A stretch of 53,926 nt of DNA from a candidate division WOR-3 bacterium. Lineage in GTDB: Bacteria > Hydrothermota > Hydrothermia > LBFQ01. Below are positions 48,278 to 53,926 of this stretch, one piece after another; position 1 is the first letter of the stretch, and the number at the start of each line of letters is the position of its first letter. Below the pieces are notes generated by a model. The model searched no databases and had not been told where the DNA came from. It saw nothing but the letters and a program-made list of their open reading frames with translations. A program made the position numbers and the translations under genes. The stretch lies in NCBI GenBank assembly GCA_015490465.1, contig WFXS01000013.1:1-53926 (forward strand), written 5' to 3'.

Positions 48278-49417
48278 ATGAAGGTAACGCTTTCAGTGAT
48301 AAAGGCCGACGTCGGCGGTTACGTTGGACATTCCAGCACCCATCCGGCCCTCATGGATGCTGCATCCCAGGTCCTTGAGGAGGCTAAGACCTCCGGTCTC
48401 ATCATAGATTACGCCGTACTGCGCGTGGGAGACGATATAAACTTAGTGATGACCCATACCAGAGGGGTGGATAACGAGGAGATACACAAACTGGCCTGGG
48501 ACGCATTTCTAAGGGCGACCGAAAAGGCAAAGGAGTTGAAGCTGTACGGTGCAGGTCAGGACCTCCTTTCGGATACCTTCAGCGGGAACGTTAAGGGTAT
48601 GGGGCCCGGCGTGGCCGAGATGGAGTTCGTGGAGAGACCCTCTGAGCCGATCGTCATCTTCATGGCGGACAAGACCTCCCCTTCAGCGTGGAACCTCCCT
48701 CTGTACGAGATGTTTGCCAACCCCCAGAATACGGCCGGTCTGGTCATAGACCCCTCAATGCACGAGGGCTTCCGTTTCATCGTCTTGGACGTGAAGACCG
48801 GTGAAGAGTACGCCGTGGACTGTCCCGAGGAGATGTACGACCTCCTCGCCCTCATCAGTGGCATAGAGAGGTACACCATAAAGGCGGTTTATCGCCGCAA
48901 GGACGGTGAGATAGGTGCCGTGGCCTCCACCCAGAAGCTCTCCCTTATAGCCGGGAAGTACGTAGGTAAGGACGACCCCGTCCTCATAGTCAGAGCGCAG
49001 AGCGGTTTCCCCGCCGTGGGTGAGATCTTAGAGCCTTTCGCCCGTCCCTTCTTCGTTGAGGGGTGGATGAGGGGTAGCCACATGGGTCCCCTCATGCCCG
49101 TACCTTTCCATCACGCCAACCCCTCCCGGTTTGACGGTCCCCCGAGGGTCATAGCCGCCGGCTTCCAGCTGGCCAACGGCAAGCTCATAGGGCCGAGGGA
49201 CATGTTTGACGACCCGGCCTTTGATTACGCTCGCGAGGAGGCCAACCACCTGGCTAACGTTATGAGGAGGCACGGTATATTTGAGCCTCACCGTCTCCCG
49301 GAGGAGAGCATGGAGTACACCAACCTCCCCAAGATCCTCAAAAGGCTACGCCACAAGAAGGGTCTGGAGGAAGGTGAGTACGTGATTGAACATAACCCGG
49401 AGGAGGAACACGATTGA
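48278..49417 (+). CDS. fbp: Bifunctional fructose-1,6-bisphosphate aldolase/phosphatase (class V FBPase)
   Basis: SVIKADVGG, VGDD, LYGAGQDLL, GNVKGMGPG, YVGKDDP, GWMRGSH, EYTNLP. Confidence 0.97.
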   Translation: MKVTLSVIKADVGGYVGHSSTHPALMDAASQVLEEAKTSGLIIDYAVLRVGDDINLVMTHTRGVDNEEIHKLAWDAFLRATEKAKELKLYGAGQDLLSDTFSGNVKGMGPGVAEMEFVERPSEPIVIFMADKTSPSAWNLPLYEMFANPQNTAGLVIDPSMHEGFRFIVLDVKTGEEYAVDCPEEMYDLLALISGIERYTIKAVYRRKDGEIGAVASTQKLSLIAGKYVGKDDPVLIVRAQSGFPAVGEILEPFARPFFVEGWMRGSHMGPLMPVPFHHANPSRFDGPPRVIAAGFQLANGKLIGPRDMFDDPAFDYAREEANHLANVMRRHGIFEPHRLPEESMEYTNLPKILKRLRHKKGLEEGEYVIEHNPEEEHD

Positions 49418-50181
49418 TGTTGTTTAACGCTGTGATGGGGCTCCTCGTCGCGGGGGGCCCCCACCTTACGGGTCTATGGATGATGCCGGATGCTACCCCC
49501 CTGAGGGTATCCTTTGACCCGGCATCCAACCCCAACGCTCTGTCCGTATCCGCCGCTTATAGCCAGTCCTTCCGTATATTCAACGACGCCTTCGTGGGCG
49601 TTGGCTTCAGAGGGTTTGCCCTCGCTTTGGAGGGGAGGTTCGCTCAGCTGGAGGGTGAGTTCAACGGTACGGCGAGCGAGGTAAGCGTGTCCGCCGGGTA
49701 CGCCCACGACGTGTTTAAGGGTTTCCGCCTTGGGGCTTCCTTCTCCTACTACCAGCTGAGTACACCTCGCCCGGACGTACCGGGGCTTCAGTCCTTCGGG
49801 GTTCACCTCTCGTCGGCCTTTAAGGTTTACGACAGGTGGAACGTGGGTCTCTTCGCCCGCAACGTGAACGTTCCAGAGCTCGGAGGGACTCCCCTGCCCA
49901 CCCTTCTCGGTGGGTACATATCCTTCCTGCCCAGGTCCACCATACGCACGGCCATAGGACTCTACAGGGATCAGTACTCCGAGCTGAACTTCGGCATAGG
50001 GGGAAGCTGGGTGGTTTACGAGATCCTCACCCTACGCGGAAGCATGAGGTACGACGGCGAGTTCCCCGCCTTCTACTTCGGTTTCACCCTCCAGACGGGA
50101 GGTATATCCTCCGATATTCTGGTTGGCGCCCATCCGGAGCTCCCTCTAAGCACGTACATAGGCCTCAACTACGCCCGTTAG
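49414..50181 (+). CDS. Outer-membrane beta-barrel, PorV/PorQ-like
   Basis: FDPAS (NPA-like), VSAGYA, LGASFSYY, GLFARNVN, LTLRG, HPELP.S..IGLNY pattern of PorV/PorQ/FadL-like barrels; recognised by eye only. Confidence 0.55.
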   Translation: MMLFNAVMGLLVAGGPHLTGLWMMPDATPLRVSFDPASNPNALSVSAAYSQSFRIFNDAFVGVGFRGFALALEGRFAQLEGEFNGTASEVSVSAGYAHDVFKGFRLGASFSYYQLSTPRPDVPGLQSFGVHLSSAFKVYDRWNVGLFARNVNVPELGGTPLPTLLGGYISFLPRSTIRTAIGLYRDQYSELNFGIGGSWVVYEILTLRGSMRYDGEFPAFYFGFTLQTGGISSDILVGAHPELPLSTYIGLNYAR

Positions 50182-50204
50182 ACGGCTTTAGAATTCATTC
50201 CTTC

Positions 50205-50277
50205 GGGGCGGTAGCTCAGGTGGGAGAGCACCTGGTTTGCAACCAGGGGGTCGGGGGTTCGACTCCCCTCCGCTCCA
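50205..50277 (+). tRNA. tRNA-Ala (TGC)
   Basis: GGGGCGG/CCGCTCC acceptor stem with G3:U70, CCTGG-TT-TGC-AA-CCAGG arm, GGTTCGACTCC; CCA not encoded; TAGAAT at 50189-50194. Confidence 0.96.
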
Positions 50278-50565
50278 CTTTATTTTACGATAACTTCTTG
50301 AATTCATCGTTGACGTACAGATGGAAACTCCTGGTTGAGGTGTCCCAACACTGTCCTACACTGGTAGAGAAGTACGGCATAGAATACAGCCCTAAGAGGA
50401 AGGTGTTGGTTGGACTCATAACGGCGGACTTTTACGGTGAACTCCGTTCCCCCCAACAGAGGGGTGCTTTAAAGTTCTTTGATTTTACGTACGTGAGTAA
50501 GCCTGGCCCCCACGCGCCACCGCTGAAACCCCTATCCACGATAGTGGAAGATCTAAAGGAGACGT

Positions 50566-51171
50566 ATGGAAGTTAAATCACGAACTTTGCCCCTGACCGT
50601 GGAGGTGGTGGTCGTCTCACTCCTATGGGCGTTTTCTTTCCGGGGTCCCTTCAACTTCTGGTACGCCATCCTCGGCACGGCTCTGGTCATGATTGGTTTC
50701 TCCCTCCTCCACGGTGTCCCTTCCGTGATAAGACCGAAGTTCTCCGACATGATTTACGGTGTACTCTGGGGCATCCTCCTGTTCACCTTAACGTGGGTCT
50801 CCTCTTATATCGTGAGTCACCATTTCCCCTATCTAAGTGCCTACGTTGAAAGCACGAAGGCCCTGAGGTCCCTCGCACCCAACTACGTTTACGTTCCCGT
50901 CGTCTTCACCGTATCAACGGCAGAGGAGTTCTTCTGGAGAGGGACCGTACAGCGCAATTTGATCCCCGTGTTGGGTAAACTCCCCGGTTATCTCGTGGCC
51001 GTCTTCCTCTACGTCCTCGCCCACGTCCTCTCCGGCAACTGGGCGCTCACCCTCGCCTCCCTCTTCGCCGGCCTCTTCTGGGGTTTCCTTTACCTGTACT
51101 ACAGGGATTTAACTCCCGTATGGGTATCACACCTGACGTGGGACGCCTTACTTCTCAGCGTGGGTATATAA
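50566..51171 (+). CDS. CPBP (Abi/CAAX) intramembrane metalloprotease
   Basis: EEFFWRG, YVLAH, SHLTWD motifs; multiple TM segments. Confidence 0.9.
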   Translation: MEVKSRTLPLTVEVVVVSLLWAFSFRGPFNFWYAILGTALVMIGFSLLHGVPSVIRPKFSDMIYGVLWGILLFTLTWVSSYIVSHHFPYLSAYVESTKALRSLAPNYVYVPVVFTVSTAEEFFWRGTVQRNLIPVLGKLPGYLVAVFLYVLAHVLSGNWALTLASLFAGLFWGFLYLYYRDLTPVWVSHLTWDALLLSVGI

Positions 51172-51191
51172 CGGGTGTAGAATAAACGTAT

Positions 51192-53417
51192 ATGTTCCTG
51201 TTCGCGCTCAGTGTTATTGACGTTTCCATCCTCAGCGAAGGAAAGGTAATCCCGAAAAATACACCGTGGGTCCTTACCCTGACCTTTTCGCTTTCCTCCT
51301 CCTCCGACCCCGTTAACCACGTTGAGATAAATCTGGGCGACAGCGCCTCCTTCAGCACCTATACCACGGACGGAGCCTTCAACTACGCATCCGTCAGTAC
51401 GACGTCTAACACGATTACGCTCTCTGCGTTCACCTTTTCACCCGGTGGGAACGCCCGTTTGAGTTTCAGGGATGTCGTGATAAGCAGGAGCGAGGGGTTA
51501 AAGAACCTGTCCGTTAAACTGGCCAACAGTACGGATACCGTGAATTTAAGCGTTCCGGTTGTGGTAATAAGAGAGGATACCACTGTGCCTCTCAAGTTCT
51601 TCCATAACGTACTCTCGGAGAGGCCGGTTCTTATAAACGAGGTCGTGCGTGTAAGGGGTGTCGTCAGTGCCGTATTTGGAAACAAGACTTACATTCAGGA
51701 CACTTTCCGGGATACGGTCGCCGGTCTGGTCCTCTACGGAAGCATCGGCGTTAACCCCGGAGAACTTATAGTCGCGGAGGGTGAATTTGAACCCTACAGG
51801 GGTCTTGAGGAGATATCCTACCCCACGGTACTCTACAGGGAGGTGGTGGGTGTGCCGGAGCCGGTGGTTGTGGACGGGTTGAACAGGGCGAGGGAGAGGT
51901 ACTCCGGCGTCCTGATCAGGGTGGACAGCGTGAGGTTTGATACGACTCCCCTCGTCAGGGTCCCGGTGGGTGAGAACGTACCCATAGTTGACAGGTACAA
52001 CAACTCCGGAAACCTCTACCTTGACAGGTACGGGAACGTGGAGAGCTTCCCGCCTCCGGATACCATATTTGACCTCGTGGGGGTAGTGGACGAGGACAGC
52101 GGGAGTGCCGGTAACATATACCGCATAGTTCCCCGTGAGCCTTCGGACCTCATCTTCTACAACTCCGTTATGGTACTCTCTCAGGCACCCTACTTCGTAC
52201 ACAGGGGGCAGGCGTCCACGTGGAAGTTCCACCTTTCCTCGTTTAACCCCGTGGCGAAACTGCGGGTCTGCTCCGACGGTATAACTCCCTCCGAGATGGG
52301 TGCTGCAAAACTGGGAAGCCGATCACCGGACAACGTCATTACTCTGGCGGATACGGCATGTGCCGAGTTCCTGAACCCGGCCTTTACGGCGGACACTCTG
52401 ACCCTCTCCCTTGATCCTAAAGACGTGGACTCAATTACCGTTCTCCTCTACTCCGCTCTTGATACGGCCGACATATACAGGCGTTCCGTATTCTCTCCCC
52501 GTCTATATTTCACTACTCCCATATCCGACATTCAGGCCTACGGCGAGGATTACTCCTCCAATCTCGTAGGTCAGACCGTAGTGGTCGGAGGTGTGGTACT
52601 GGCGGACGCGTCCGCCTTCAGTACGAGCAATACGTCAACCTACCTCTGGGACGGTACGGGAGGAGTGAACCTCTATTCGTCCCAGTTCCTCGGATTAAAA
52701 GAGGGAATGCTAATAGTGGCACTAGGCACGGTTACGGAGTACAACGGCCTTACCGAGGTTCTCTTCTCCTCGGTTAAGGTACTCGGGAACGGGGAGGTCC
52801 CCTCCCCCACCAAACTGCAGAAGGGTCAGGCCCTGAACGAAGATCTGGAGGGTCATCTCGTCAGGGTGGACACGGTTATGGTAACATCTCCCCCTTCCTA
52901 CGCCGGTATAGGGAAGTCCTTTACGGTTTACAACGGAACCGTTCCCATAACGGTTTACGTTTACCCAACTACGGGTATTGACGTATCCCAGATCAAAGTC
53001 GGAGACTACGTCAGCATCACCGGTATCGTTGGCCAGTACGATAACACTCCGCCCTACACGTCCGGTTATCAGCTTCTGCCCCGCAAGTCCGTGGACCTCA
53101 TGGCCGTCCCCGGAGAGGCCTACGAGGCGGAGAACCTTGAGGTCAAGATATCCCGGAACGTCTTCATAGCCGGGAGGGAGACCGCCCGCATAGAGGTTAG
53201 AGGCCCCAAGGGTACGTACTCCATCAGGGTGTACGACGGCATGGGAAGGCTGGTCAAAACGATAGTTGAGGGGGGTGGTGCCGGAATACACGAGTGGGAC
53301 GGTACGAACATGGCTGGAAGAAGGGTTCCCCCCGGAATATACGCCCTGGTGGTTGTGGTCAACACCCTTGAGGGTAGCCAGAAGGTCGTACGCCCCATAG
53401 TTGTGGTGGCGAAGTAG
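51192..53417 (+). CDS. Secreted tandem OB-fold protein with FlgD-Ig/T9SS-like CTD
   Basis: Two OB modules (VRVRGVV...YIQD...EPYRGLEEI; VVVGGVV...TEYNGLTEV...GIVGQY...LLPR); C-terminal VYDGMGRLV...WDGTN..G..VPPGIY. Confidence 0.75.
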   Translation: MFLFALSVIDVSILSEGKVIPKNTPWVLTLTFSLSSSSDPVNHVEINLGDSASFSTYTTDGAFNYASVSTTSNTITLSAFTFSPGGNARLSFRDVVISRSEGLKNLSVKLANSTDTVNLSVPVVVIREDTTVPLKFFHNVLSERPVLINEVVRVRGVVSAVFGNKTYIQDTFRDTVAGLVLYGSIGVNPGELIVAEGEFEPYRGLEEISYPTVLYREVVGVPEPVVVDGLNRARERYSGVLIRVDSVRFDTTPLVRVPVGENVPIVDRYNNSGNLYLDRYGNVESFPPPDTIFDLVGVVDEDSGSAGNIYRIVPREPSDLIFYNSVMVLSQAPYFVHRGQASTWKFHLSSFNPVAKLRVCSDGITPSEMGAAKLGSRSPDNVITLADTACAEFLNPAFTADTLTLSLDPKDVDSITVLLYSALDTADIYRRSVFSPRLYFTTPISDIQAYGEDYSSNLVGQTVVVGGVVLADASAFSTSNTSTYLWDGTGGVNLYSSQFLGLKEGMLIVALGTVTEYNGLTEVLFSSVKVLGNGEVPSPTKLQKGQALNEDLEGHLVRVDTVMVTSPPSYAGIGKSFTVYNGTVPITVYVYPTTGIDVSQIKVGDYVSITGIVGQYDNTPPYTSGYQLLPRKSVDLMAVPGEAYEAENLEVKISRNVFIAGRETARIEVRGPKGTYSIRVYDGMGRLVKTIVEGGGAGIHEWDGTNMAGRRVPPGIYALVVVVNTLEGSQKVVRPIVVVAK

Positions 53418-53437
53418 ACGGGGATAGAATAGGCGGC

Positions 53438-53926
53438 GTGAAAGTTTTCGTCATAGGACCCTCTTTTGTGGGTAAGAGTACGCTCGTGGGGAGGTTGAGC
53501 GGCGGTAAGGGGGTGGGAACCCTTAGCGTTCTGGACGACAGGTTCCAGAAGCTGGTTCAGGTCTTCAAATCCCGGAAGGCCACGCCCCTCCAGATAACCT
53601 TGGTGGACAGCGATGCCCTCGGAAAGGCGTACAACGAGAACAGGCCCACGAGGGTCTTTCAGGAACTGGCGGAGGCCGACGCCTTCCTTGAGGTCAGTGG
53701 AGGACTGATAGGGGACTTCCTGAGTTTTACGGATACGACCCTGCGCTTCCTGAGTATTGAGAGCGACGTTATATCAAGGAGGATTGAGCGCCTGAGGAAG
53801 GAAGTGGCTACGGGCAGAGGGAGCGAGAAGGAACTTCAGGTCCTGACGAAGGCCCTAGAGTTTCTGGAGGAGGGTACCCCCCTCTACGCTGCCGGATTTT
53901 CCGAAGAGGAACTTAAGGTCCTGCGG
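53438..53926 (+). CDS. YchF/Obg-like P-loop NTPase, partial (runs off the window end)
   Basis: GTG start: MKVFVIGPSFVGKSTL...VLDDRFQKLVQVFKSRKATP...ISRRIERLRKE; YchF-like layout; TAGAAT 7 nt upstream. Confidence 0.7.
   Translation, partial: MKVFVIGPSFVGKSTLVGRLSGGKGVGTLSVLDDRFQKLVQVFKSRKATPLQITLVDSDALGKAYNENRPTRVFQELAEADAFLEVSGGLIGDFLSFTDTTLRFLSIESDVISRRIERLRKEVATGRGSEKELQVLTKALEFLEEGTPLYAAGFSEEELKVLR

Noticed and set aside
50441-50452. CTCCGTTCC as an att duplicate of the tRNA-Ala 3' end
   Set aside because: Short and mismatched; not significant.
1-53926. CRISPR array, rRNA or long tandem repeats
   Set aside because: No regularly spaced repeats or rRNA signatures were seen by eye; intergenic regions are short.

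Overview
GC-rich chromosomal window from a diderm bacterium, probably thermophilic. Inferred affinity is FCB/WOR-3-like, based on T9SS-type C-terminal domains, a PorV-like barrel and an archaeal-type FBP aldolase/phosphatase; this is not verified. Housekeeping content: rpmH (missed by the ORF track), a divergent EF-G paralog, tuf plus the S10 and partial spc ribosomal cluster (broken after rplX), tRNA-Glu(CTC), tRNA-Ala(TGC), nadK, xerD, mgtE, accC, mlaE, nuoA, tsaD, an enoyl-ACP reductase and an ECF sigma/anti-sigma pair. Mobile content is two IS remnants (IS701 and IS1 families). Six secreted proteins carry T9SS-like C-terminal sorting domains. Four features are not explained by annotation. 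(1) About 22 genes have a TAnAAT -10 box only 6-12 nt before the start codon and mostly no Shine-Dalgarno, implying pervasive leaderless initiation. (2) Five CTD-bearing secreted proteins have only ~7-9 uncharged hydrophobic N-terminal residues in place of a signal peptide, with in-frame stops just upstream. (3) A translationally coupled 9-gene lipoprotein/beta-barrel/CTD operon (19.4-28.1 kb) lies behind an unusual HTH-helical regulator. (4) An attenuator-like leader precedes tuf-S10. No rRNA, CRISPR array or prophage was seen.
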